Positions 14,825 through 26,359 of a stretch of 64,000 nt of DNA are shown here, piece after piece. Source of the stretch: Octopus sinensis (lineage: Eukaryota); contig NC_042999.1 in assembly GCF_006345805.1 (NCBI RefSeq), forward strand, positions 71,672,001-71,736,000, read 5' to 3'. The position numbers and the translations under genes are program-made. The notes below the pieces were generated by a model. The model saw only the letters and a list, made by a program, of their open reading frames with translations. It was not told the DNA's origin and did not search any database. The first letter of the stretch is position 1. Each line of letters opens with the position of its first letter.

Positions 14825-16500
14825 TTATTTCTTTATTACCCACCAGGGGCTACGAAGAATGCCGGACATAACAAAACATGGGGGACATAGAACAATATGA
14901 TTAAATTTATGAGCAAATGAAAATGAAAAAATGATAATATGAAAGCGATGCTAACGGCCCCCTCCGCCAGCATCACTTACCTGTCCTTTTGTTTTCACTG
15001 TCATCTGAATGTTCATTCCCAATACGAAGACCATCCATATCCATTCTTACTCCGAAACTGTCCTCCATATATTCCACGAATTCATCGCTCATTCTTGTAT
15101 CTTTCACCTCCCAATTCTCTCTTTCACACCTCAACACAAACTCATCTATATTCTTCTTTTCCAGCACTGCATATCTGGTCCCATCCATTTCATACCATTC
15201 ATACTCCTCCATTACCCTTTCAACCTCTTTCTGTTCAGTCACAATATAAATGTTCGGCCTGGTTCGTTTTCAAACTCTTGTCTGTCTGTATTAATATTTT
15301 TCTTTTGTTTTCTTGTTGGAGGGGAGCGGGTGGGTTCACTGTCTGCAGGGGAAGGGTGGGATTCAGAGGGTGCGGGTGGTGTTGGGGTGGGTTGGGGCTT
15401 CGCACAGTTTTTCTTTTTCTTTCTTTTTCTCTTTTTTCTTCCTTCTTCCCACTCTTGTTGCATCTCCTCTTCTTCTGTCGTTTCTTTTTCCCTTTGGTTC
15501 TCTTTGGTTTCTTCCTCTTTTGGGGCTTCCGCGACGATTTCCTTTTCTTTTTCCTTTGGTGGGGGAGGGCAGTAGGCTCTTATGTGACCCCTCAGGCCAC
15601 ACTTGTAGCACCTGGGCGCCCTATCCTCCACCCACACTCTCATAATAATATTTCCAGTTTTTATACTGTCCGTAAGCTTTTCTATAACTTCCGTCTCCGT
15701 CTGTATGTTCATTACTAGTGTGGCACCTCTCACGCCTTCATATTTCATAATGGCGTGGAGGATGTCCACTTTATCTTCATTTCCTTTGATAACCGCAGCC
15801 GTTATTAATTCGCCCTCTAGGTGTGGCGGTATTCCTTCCACCCTAATTCTGGTGGTCCTTCTATTCAAATACGAGGGGAATAAGTAAAACTTTTCTGTAC
15901 TCACCACCTTGGCTGCTATATTCCTGGCTGCTTTCTCACTTTTAATTGTACCGTTATGGTTCCATATTCTAATCCTTTTGTCATGTACACAATTTCTTCT
16001 CCTGTCTGTTTGAAAGCCTCTTCAATTGCTTCCATGTTAATCACTTCCATTTTTCTACCTCCATTCATAAATACTTTATATTTAATGGTTCTACGATGGA
16101 ACCAGTCTCCGCGCCCTGCTAGAGGCAACAGCTCAACCTCTCCGTTCTCCTCCTCCTTCATGAACTCCTGGAAGTCCGTCAACTTAGCCAGGTCTATCTC
16201 TTTTTCTGTTGACTTCTTCGTTATACCTGCGTAGGTGCTTTCCATTTTTTTCACCGCCAACTCCTCCTCCGATGTCGACGAATTTTCAGAGAAATTTCTC
16301 CCTTCCATCTCATCCGTTTGGTAGAGGCGGCTCATAGTCGTCTCAGACCGAAAAACGGCCTCCCGAACAGAAAACGTGCGGCGCACAGAACCAGTGCGAC
16401 GCGAAACCGCACCAACCGACGTTCCAATTCCGCAACCACAATTCACTTTTTGTTCTTTTTTCTTTTTTAACCGAATTTTACAGAGCGCAAAGAAAACGCG
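14825..16500 (-). mobile_element. Tx1/L1-like element encoding only ORF1 (CCHC zinc knuckle), frameshifted
   Basis: ATG at 16335 (MSRLYQTDE...), frameshift near 15920, then RIRVEGIPP...RCYKCGLRGHIRAYC, a K/E-rich region and an acidic tail to 14973. Short 3'UTR with AATAAA at 14832-37. No endonuclease or RT. Confidence 0.8.
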
Positions 16501-16539
16501 ACCTTTTTTCTCTACATTGTATACTTTATAGACACTAGT

Positions 16540-17025
16540 CTTTTCTTTAATTTATTTTTTTATTATCCATCTGGACTATTCCATTTCTGCACGCTAATTT
16601 TATTTTTAATTTATTCCCATTCATGTGAAACCACTTATTCAAGTTCAAGTCATTGATGCAATTTTATACCAATTGCTATTTTTACTTTTGTTATGTTACG
16701 ATTATATTATACTTTAGTTTGATTTCAATTATTACTTACTACATATAATTCAATTGTTATTATTATGTTTATTGTTAAAGTGAAAGCATAAAATAGAGAA
16801 ATGTTTTTTTTTACTTTTAACACGTAATACTGAAATAGTGGAGAAGATACGATATTGCTATGGGCTCGCTCTAGGCAAGAAGTTGAACATTTTTTGCCCA
16901 TGAAACTTCATGGACCCTAAGTAAGGCATGTGTAAAATTTGAATGGAATTGGTTGTATAGTTCTCAAGTTTTAGGGAAACACACAGAGCGACAAACACAC
17001 ATTCTCAGTTTTATATATATAAAGA
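16540..17025 (-). mobile_element. Non-autonomous Helitron, 5' part
   Basis: Minus-strand start A|TCtttatatatataaaactgagaatgtgtg resembles the 5' ends at 24954 and 46242. Confidence 0.6.
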
Positions 17026-17109
17026 TATATATATATATACATATTCATATATATATACGCACACAAACACACACATATATATATATAAATAAATATATAT
17101 ATATATAAT

Positions 17110-17249
<140 letters not shown>

Positions 17250-17252
17250 AAA

Positions 17253-18399
17253 CCAGCAGAGAAACCAGGCCTTGCTCGTGATTAAAATAGCATAGTTTGT
17301 TTTTATTGCTTTACTTGTTTCGGTATTATCACCCGATTTCATTCGGGTCTAATCGGGCCACATTTTAAAGATGAGGAATTAAAAAAAGCAAAAAAAAAAA
17401 CGAAAATTTATTAAAATTTGGTAATGAAAAAACGCATGCCAAATGTTTAAACAGTAATTGAGAAGCAATTGGAGAAACCTCGCGGATGCAGATGTGAAGG
17501 GCAAAGAATGACGGGAAATGCTGGTAAAAAAAAAGAAACACCAATCAGGTATCTGAACAAAACTGAGATACTATAATACGACTGCACTTACAATGTTTTG
17601 GAAACAATATGTAGTCACACACAACCTAATTTTGCGGAATCAGTGTCGCAGCGGGAACCCATGGGTTGGGGGTTTGACTGGCAGAGGTAGTCAGGTTGCA
17701 GAGGTGGCCAGCGACGTGAAGAAGGTGGATGCAGTTGGGCTAAAGAAATGATAAACTGACAATGACTCTAGCGACATGAAGACGGTGGATGCAGTTGGGC
17801 TAAAAATTTGAGAAAGTTACAAAGACTCCAGCGACGGGAGAGTTATAGCGGTAGGTTCAAAAGTGTTATTGCAGGGCTTCTTTGTAGACAATGTTCCTGG
17901 TGTTGTCCGGATTACCACAAATGAATAGATTGTGCAGACTGCCGACACAGGAGCATCCGACGTAAAGTTGACTATGGGTAAATAGCTACTATGTCATATT
18001 TAGGGCAACTACTTGTAACGACTTTCCCTGTGCCTTGCAAAGCATACTTTTACGGGAAAATGCCGTCGCGTAAATTCAAATGGCGCAGCAGAGGGACTAA
18101 GGCTCATGGGGGTTAATAACTTTGTCATGCCAGACAGTCCGCTCAGAATGGTTGTCGTCAGAATTAAGGTCCTAATTTTCTTGATGATCAGACACGTACC
18201 GTCGCATAGTTCTGGTGGTTCCACGTTTCTCAGCAGCATAACTGAAACACCAACCTTCAGTCTAAGGTCATGAGGTAGAAATCAAAGAGGTAGCTGGCTG
18301 CTGAGGAATTCAATAGGTATGCAAATTTTCAGCTCAATCCGACCACATTTGCTAATAATTTTGCCTGCACAACTGCACGTGAGACAAATATATATTAGA
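17253..18399 (-). mobile_element. Helitron with Pif1-type RepHel helicase C-terminal fragment
   Basis: PHDLRLKVGVSVMLLRNVEPPELCDGTCLIIKK...FEFTRRHFPVKVCFA...FTHSQLYVGCSCVG...TRNIVYKEALQ* (about 18290-17866). 5' TC and 3' cgagcaaggcc...ctgCTGG|T. Confidence 0.9.
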
Positions 18400-18400
18400 A

Positions 18401-18693
18401 TAGCAGAGGTACCCGGCCTTGCTCGGGATTAAAAAATAAATTATTATTTTACTTGTTTCAGTATTATAACGCGATTTCATTCGGGTCTATGCGGGCCACA
18501 TTTTAAAAGATGAGGAATTTTATCCTAGCGGCCAACCTTCAGTCTAAGGTCAATTGAACAAACTCAAAGTTGCCATGCAAACTCGCCAGCACTTTTAACA
18601 TAGGTATGTATATTTTCAGCTCAATCTGACCACATATGCACATATTATATATATACATACGCATTAAATATATATATAAGTACATATATATGC

Positions 18694-18724
<31 letters not shown>

Positions 18725-18789
18725 TCGAATTATATATACATATATATAGACATTATATATCTATACACACATATGTATATAAATATAGA
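18401..18789 (-). mobile_element. Internally deleted copy of the same Helitron, head-to-tail with 17253-18399
   Basis: Shares ggccttgctcg, gatttcattcgggtct, ccaaccttcagtctaaggtca and ttttcagctcaatc.gaccacat with 17253-18399 but lacks the helicase segment. Confidence 0.8.
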
Positions 18790-18792
18790 TAT

Positions 18793-19529
18793 AATCAAAA
18801 ATAAGGGTGAAAAATTGGATATTAATTTAATAATACCATCAATTTAACACCAAGTGGCTTAGCGTATAAAAACCAGGGATACAATAAAAATTTATACACA
18901 AATATAAGAGAGTGACCACTATGGTCGACTCCTTGGAAACAAATTTTTTAGTGGCTAATACCATAGCGGATCTATTTTTAACGCAAGAGTGGACCATATA
19001 GTGGTCACTCTCTTATATTTGTGTATAAACTTTTATTGTATCCCTGGTTTTTATGCCCCAAGCCACTTGATGTTAAATTGATGGTATTATTAAATTAATA
19101 TCCAATTTTTCACCCTTATTTTTGATTTTAATTATGCTGCAGTACATCTTTTATGCAGTATTTGTTTCCGGAAGTCTTAGCGCACTTTAGCGAGGGAATT
19201 TGAATCATAACTGCGAGTATAATCGATTAAACCATACGTGTGTTTGATGTTATGTTAAAATTCAGTGTGCGGTTTAATAAATTGTGTTCAAGACAAATTC
19301 TGCTGATGACTTATGGATGTTGTGTAAGTAAAATTGCATAATACATTAATAGCGAAACAATTGTCCAGAGTTAATCTATATTTTTGTTATTTTTCATTTG
19401 CCCTGCTCGTTTACGTTGAATGTTGTGCTGATTCTCCTTGGAAACAATTTTTTTAGTGGCTAATACCATAGCGGATCTATTTTTAGCGCAAGAGTCACCA
19501 TATAGTGGTCACTCTCTTATATTTGTGTA
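18793..19529 (+). mobile_element. Non-coding Penelope-like / retrozyme-like element: inverted tail + 505-bp unit + partial direct repeat
   Basis: 130-bp inverted arms at 18793-18922 and 18998-19127, direct repeat 18929-19025 vs 19434-19529, hammerhead motif inside, flanking 14-bp direct repeat taaatatagatata. Confidence 0.8.
19296..19372 (+). ncRNA. Minimal type I hammerhead ribozyme motif
   Basis: Stem I aattctg/cagagtt, CTGATGA at 19303-09, ~10-bp stem II with a C.C closing pair in place of G-C, GAAA at 19354-57, palindromic stem III ACAATTGT, GTC cleavage triplet at 19363-65. Confidence 0.8.
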
Positions 19530-19732
19530 AATATAGATATATACACTTTATAAAAATATATACACATTACATATATAAATTATCTATACATATACATTAT
19601 ATATAAACACACATTGATGATTGTGCGGTGGTGGTGGGCGATAATAATTCACCGTTCTCAAAGACCTGTGCGGTGATATCTAAACTTTTGCAGCTGTCAA
19701 CGCCTTTTCTCTATAGATACAGACATACTTAC

Positions 19733-19765
<33 letters not shown>

Positions 19766-20382
19766 AGGAAAGAGTGACAGAGAGGGAAAGAGAGTGGAAG
19801 CTGTCAAATGTCGTTATAGAGAGAATGTGGAACGAAGGGAGGAAAGAAAGAGATCGAGTGAGAGAGAGTAATAACCGAAAGAGAGAAACGACAAACACAT
19901 GTCCTAGTAACTACAGCTTTTGAGATGGAGATTTCTAACCTAGTCCAGTCGCACCCTTGCCTCATTTTACATGTTCCTATAAATTGTCGCCGCAATCCGA
20001 GCACGCCTACTGTCATTGAACCCTGCATAACCACTAAATGAGACACGCAAACATACAACTTTCGGCCATTTCACTTTTATGTAGAGAGATAAATGTAAGC
20101 AAATTATAATGATAATAATAAATATATACAGTACAGTACTATTTCTGCTTCACGGATTTTCACCTGTCAAGGGGGTGGGGGAAGTTGGAATATTCGCGAT
20201 AGTTGAGTGATTACTGTATATATATATTATGGTACTAGAAAGTACCAGCTTTTCTAGAAAAAAAGGAATCAGATGAACTCCGAAGCCATAGAAAGCTCAG
20301 GGAAAACAAGAATGGTGAAAGCGGGTGGTGAATAAAAATTATAGCTCCTCAGTTTGCGAAGGCCGCAAAAGGAATGGCAGAT

Positions 20383-20440
20383 AACTTAATATCGATTTCG
20401 GACTCGGTCCTAAAAAAAAATATCCGTCTTCAATTAAGTT
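20383..20440 (-). ncRNA. Degenerate type I hammerhead motif (left arm)
   Basis: On minus: aacttaa TTGAAGA c...ggaccgagtcc GAAA tcgat a ttaagtt. Perfect 7-bp stem I and ATCGAT palindrome; core C changed to T. Confidence 0.7.
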
Positions 20441-20761
20441 TGCTGGAAAAAAAGACAAATTTAGAAACATTCAGCTCAACCATGCTTACGTATTCATGTG
20501 AAGTCCCAACGCACATTCAGAAAGGAACTAAGTGAATAACTTATAAATATATAAGGATATTATTATTAACAATAAATAATAATATTAGTGGCAATCCAAA
20601 GCATGAACCATACAAGCAAGTTTAAAAACATTGATGATATCCTTATATTTTTATAAATTATTCACTAAGTTCGTTTGTGAATGTGCCTCGGGATGTCACA
20701 CGAACACGCAAGTATGGTTGAGGTGAATGTTTTTTTTTTTAATTTGGCTTTCTTTTCAGCA

Positions 20762-20820
20762 AACTTAAGTGAAGAGGGGTGAGCGTCCTTTAGGGCGGAG
20801 CCGGAAATCGATATTAAGTT
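20762..20820 (+). ncRNA. Degenerate type I hammerhead motif (right arm)
   Basis: aacttaa GTGAAGA g...gagccg GAAA tcgat a ttaagtt. Perfect 7-bp stem I, ATCGAT palindrome and ATA triplet; core C changed to G. Confidence 0.7.
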
Positions 20821-21301
20821 ATCTGCCATTCCTTTTGCGGCCTTTGCAAAGGTAGGAGGTATAATGTTTTATTCACCGCCCACTTTCACCGTGCTTGTCT
20901 TCAGTGAGCTTTCTATTTCTTAGGAATTCATTTGATACCTATTTATAGCAAAACTGGTACTTTCTAGTGCCATAATGTTTTAAACTTGCCTGTACGGCTC
21001 ATGCTTTGGATTGCCACTATTATCAATTATTATCAATAATAAAATCCTTACGTGTGTGTATATATGTGCGTGCTTGTGTGTGTCTATGCGTGTGTGTATA
21101 TACATATATAAATCAAAAAACATATAACAAATGCACCAACAAACGGATCGAGAACGAACAAACAAGAAATGAATACAAAAGTGGACATACAAACATAAAT
21201 AAATGTGATTCAAGACAAGGCCATTAGTGGACGGGCGAAGGACGAAGACGAAATAAATAGTTTACGGCCTTAGGGCCATTCAGAGACGATTGTTTGGATG
21301 G

Positions 21302-21375
<74 letters not shown>

Positions 21376-21390
21376 TATATATATTATATA

Positions 21391-21426
<36 letters not shown>

Positions 21427-23059
21427 TGTATGTACATATATACACAAAGAAGGAAGTATCGACACAGAGAGAAGAGGAGTCAGAAATTGAGAGAGTAATG
21501 AACATGCAGATCGAGACAGTTAGTTTCTGTATCTAGGGATTGTAAGAGTTACGTGATGTATAATACGCGAAACCAGTTTTATGTGATACATGTGTAATGT
21601 ATCTCTGTTCCTTGATACTATTTATTAAGTAGCCCGTTGCAAATTCTATAAATTTCTCTCAAATTAGCTTCAGGAACAGTTTCAAGAAGGAAATATCTTG
21701 CCCTTTCCACGTTTAATTCTATATGAAGAGGCTTATTGCCCTTCCATATTCTGTTCAGTGAACACCATTTCATACATTGAAAATCGCTACAAATAATTAC
21801 CATCACGATTTCAGATGATCTCTTAAGATTTCTCACCATTTATATCATTGTACAAAGCTCTTTGTTGTAAACATTAGCTTTGCTCTTTGGATCGAGGGAA
21901 TATTTCAATCTTATTGCTTTTCTTTCTTCCTTACTATATTGGTGTAGTTATGAGTATAAGATGGTACTGCTGCTGTTATCGCTGCACGTTAAAACCGCCT
22001 ATATTAAAATCAACACAATTCAACTAATTGGAAACCATTGACTTCTCTACATGCTTTAAGCGTATAACTCATCGGTAATGCGCTTTAATTTGTATTCCCC
22101 TTTTATCATTAATTCAACGCCAGCTTCTTCTCTGAACATTTAATCCCACCGCATCACCATTACCTATCAACTGTATTCAGGTGTGAATTTTTTCTTTTAG
22201 TGCTTTCAAATCTCACACACTCCGAACAAAAGACATCGTCCACTTTTTCTTCTCCAGAAATTCACTCCTCTAAAATCACCCCCAACAGTTATTCTGCAGA
22301 CAATGATTAATACATATTCAAAATGTACCTCAAACGCGTCCGTCTCATTGTTATGTTAAAGTTTTCAAAGTTCACTGGAATTATCACTCTCCCGAACTAA
22401 TGGTTTAAAAGAATACCTTTGCACTTTCCTTAAACGACTGTGTCTCTATTATTTTTCAAATGATCTACTGATGTTTTAGTTTACTGAAACTAAATGCTTT
22501 GCAGAAGTTAATTTCATTTCTGTATTTTCTGAGTTATACTGACTACAGTATAATTATTAGAAATTCAGTTACTGAGTATTATTGGAAAAATAAACCGGTA
22601 TCTTATTATGGCTAGTAATGTTCTAGTTTGATCCGTATTCAAAACAACTTCGTGAACTGGTCTTAAATATTTATGTTCCTTTATGGTAAACTTCTCCTTA
22701 GATAATGATAAATTGCAGTTAACGACGGCACTGAAATATGATGTTTTATGGACTATTGCTTTCTTGAAAGTGAATCTTTCTAAAGTGTTGGGAGAGATGC
22801 TGCTTTCCGTAGCAGGAATATTATGGTCACTGTTTAATTGTATTGCATGAAATCGGTTCATTTCCCTGTGTAGTTTTGTAAATTTTAGGTTTCTGTCAGA
22901 TTACAAGTAAACTCATTTAATTACGATTCTACTACCACTGGGTTATCTGACTGGAAACTTTTTACATAAAATATATATAATTTATTTTCCCTATTCTTAG
23001 GAAAAGGTTAAATATTTTTCAGTATACGACCCCTGACAGTTTAAGATGTGAGAGACAAT

Positions 23060-23340
23060 TTATAATGGATCGAGCTGAAGCAAACGGCTGCTGGAACAAA
23101 CTTGGTTAACCTGTTCTATTCTTGCGCTCGCGATACGAAGCATAATTGGAAGCTTCAGTGAAGAACTCTTTCGCCTCGAATGACAAAACCTGGTATCAGC
23201 GTGGGATCAAAGAACTATTGGAAAGGTGTCTTCAGAGAGTGCAATACGGTGGCCTCTACTTAGAATGCTCTGCTGTTTTCGTTGTAACTTGATGAATAAA
23301 GCAAACAAGTTACCAAAATATTGCAACGAAATATATTATA
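23060..23340 (+). mobile_element. mariner transposase C-terminal relic
   Basis: LEASVKNSFASNDKTWYQRGIKELLERCLQRVQYGGLYLEC is a typical mariner C-terminus. Confidence 0.75.
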
Positions 23341-23879
23341 CATATAAAACAAAAAATTACACGTAAGTGTGTGAGTGGCATTTTTTATTCTTTTATTCTT
23401 TTCATCAATAGAGAGCGACCATGCTGCAACACCACCTTATTTTTATTTTTGCTTATTTCCATTTTTTCAACTTTTGTTGGAGTCTTATGGTATGGCGAAA
23501 GTGGTCTGTATTTGAGATTGTGAAAGCTGACTGCAACGTTTTATAGTTCTCTAATCGATGTTATTTTATTTTACTATTAAAAATCTTCTGTAACACTTCA
23601 CTTTCTTCTACGTGTTTGGAGACCAAAGCTGGGCCCAGTAATCTTGTCAACTGAAAAGTAAAGTTCTTGTGTTATGAAAGTTCCCAGGATCTAGTGGTTA
23701 AATTTGTGATGAACCCTCCAAAAAAGGGGCAGGAAGTAACATGAAAACTCCTAATTCCCTTATTTTATTTGAGATTTCCATCTTTGTGTTTTTTGGTGTC
23801 AAATAATGTGTGTGTGTGTGTGTGTCAATTCTGTAATAAAGAACCTGATATTTCGATGCGTTCGATTTCGCATTATTTT

Positions 23880-24600
23880 CCTCTCTCGATCAAGAAATGA
23901 TATTTTGCTCATTCTAGAGTGTGACAGCAACTTCTGCAGTTTGGATAGTAATTGATACTTCTGTCCATGCAGCATAACTCATTAAACTTGCTGAGAGTAT
24001 CTGAGCTTATACGTGAAAGAGAGATGATAAATAATAGGGACCTTAGAAGCGGTCCTTGAAGCACACCACTTATTACAATTGACTTGACAGTGAGGAGAGT
24101 GTTTGCAGCAACAGCTTTATTCCTAGCCTGTAAAAAGCCAAGAATTTTATACTCTGAATTTTCTCTGATACCAAGGTTCCTTAGCCTATGACCGATAATT
24201 CCATGATAATTCTTGTCAAAGGCCTTCGCAAAATCAAGGTATATGCAAACAGTGTCCATTCCCTTTAGAATATTATTAATGTTTGTATTAAGTCGCTGTA
24301 GTATTTGTGTCAGTCAACTTTGCCCGGTCCGAAATGCATGCTGTAGAACATAAAGCATTCGCTTTCCTCCAGGTGTTTGATTATTTTTTACTACAATGTT
24401 TTTTACAATTTTTATGTGTGTGAATAAGTAAGACATGTCTATAAATTTTAACACCAACTATGCTGCCCCTTTTGTGTGTACGTGTTATTGTTGCTCCTTC
24501 CAGTAATTCTGGAAATATGCCGGACTCTAACGACTTTTCGAATAGCAGTTTTAATGGTTTGGCCAGACTGTGTTTACACGGTGTGTACAACCTATCATTA
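23880..24600 (-). mobile_element. CR1-clade LINE reverse transcriptase relic
   Basis: KPLKLLFEKSLESGIFP...; IYLDFAKAFDK...SGVLQGPLLRSLLFII. Confidence 0.85.
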
Positions 24601-24953
24601 ATTCATCACGTTTATAAACAATGTGGATATTGTTAGCTAATATTATCTCCGATCTATCTTTCTCTAGTACATAACCAGCACGGACGTCTATCTCTACGTC
24701 TTGCAGCATGGACCATTTCAATTCATATCTAATTTTATCGTCTAAATTATGGATTTATAGCTCATGAAATAACTCAGATGAGGAATGATTTTGAGCAGCA
24801 ATAATCGTATAACTCTCTTGAGAAAATTCCCCATACAAACAGCTGCTTTAAAACAAATTACCGGGCTAGGAATGACATCATCGAACATTAGTAAATGTTG
24901 ATCTCCGCGTCGTTACGCTCCGGCAGCTACAGATACCAAACGTGTTAATCATA

Positions 24954-25978
24954 TCTATCTATATATATAAAACTCTAGTTGTGTGAGTGTCTGTCCCCTT
25001 CGATTTAGATTCCTAACTCCTCCCACATTTTGCGGTGCAGTTTAACCAAATTCGGGTATCTTATAGTCGTGATTCATATCGAGCCCGTCTGACTATTAGC
25101 GCGCGTCAACGATGAGTCTACGATTTTAAAAATAATTTAACGTCATTTTTTATTCCATTTTAATGCATAAAATGCATCGTGTGTCGATGGCGGCGGAGTT
25201 GGCGTCCACGCTCACAGCTGCACCTGTTTGCTTCTCCCCCTTCCCTCCCTCGTGAAGCTGTGGGGAAGGGAGTGTAAAGAAATCAACGTCGTAATGCGTT
25301 GTGAAGGAAACCAGCGTTCTTTTAGAACAACGACTTCATGGCTTGAAGACACCAAAACAAAAATGGCTAAGAAAGCCCGAATTTATAAGGGAAGTAACTC
25401 TCTAAAAATGCTTATATAGTTATTTCCCTTACAAATCCGAGCAACGCCGGGCGATACTGCTAGTATATATATAAAACTGTAGTTGTGTGAGTGTCTGACT
25501 CCTACGATTTAGATTCCTAACTCCTCCCACATTTTGCGGTGCAGTTTAACCAAATTCGGGTATCTTATAGTCGTGATTAATATCGAGCCCGTCTGGCTAT
25601 TAGCGCGCGTCTACGATGAGTCTACGATTTAAAAAATAATTTAACATCATTTTTTATTCCATTTTAATGCATAATTTTTCGTGTGTCGATGGCGGTGGAG
25701 TTGGCGTCCACGCTCAAACACCTGCACCTGTGTTTGCTTCTCCCCCTTCTTCCCTCCCCCGTGAAGCTGTGGGGAAGGGAGTTTAAGGAAATCAACGTCG
25801 TAATGCGTTGTCAAGGAGACTAGCGTTCTTTTAGAACAACGACTTCATGGCTTGAAGACACCAAAACAGAAATGGCTAAGAAAGCCCGAATTGGCATCTA
25901 TAAAGGAAGTAACTCTCTAAAAATGCTTATATAATTATTTCCCTTACAAACCCGAGCAACGCCGGGCGATACTGCTAG
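24954..25978 (+). mobile_element. Head-to-tail dimer of a ~510-bp non-autonomous Helitron
   Basis: A|TCtatctatatatataaaac start. Each copy ends gagcaacgccgggcgatactgCTAG (25460-63, 25975-78), with T after the last. The copies are highly similar, with small indels. Confidence 0.92.
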
Positions 25979-26359
25979 TCATACATATATTTTAACTAAC
26001 GCTACTTCGTGCACCTCTTCAAAATCAATTCAAGCTTTAAGAAAAGTAACTCACATGCACAAATATACTGCTTACTGTGTTTCTTACTGGTCTATGAATT
26101 AAAAAATTGATTCCTGTAATTGATGAAGTGTCCGATGACTTCATCCATAACATAGCGATGCGTTTTTGTAAATATATTTAAGAGGAATATTTTTCCCGCG
26201 TGAGTTTTCACCGCAAATGTTTGTCACGCAAATCTCAATACACGAACCTGTTAAATATAACTGTTCATACCTATATTTCAATCAACGCTACTTCGTCAGC
26301 TTCTAGTTATACATACATACATACATACATACATACATACATACATACATACATACATA

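Larger units (their letters stand above)
20226..21023. mobile_element. Foldback of a Penelope-like unit (L-X-rc(L)-rc(X))
   Basis: Diverged inverted arms at 20226-20560 and 20637-20976. The 44-bp block X (20586-20629) recurs inverted at 20977-21023. Each arm holds a hammerhead motif. Confidence 0.8.

Noticed and set aside
21618-22861. Minus-strand ORFs of 73 and 98 aa and a faint RT-like stretch
   Set aside because: No motif strong enough to assign to a gene or element.
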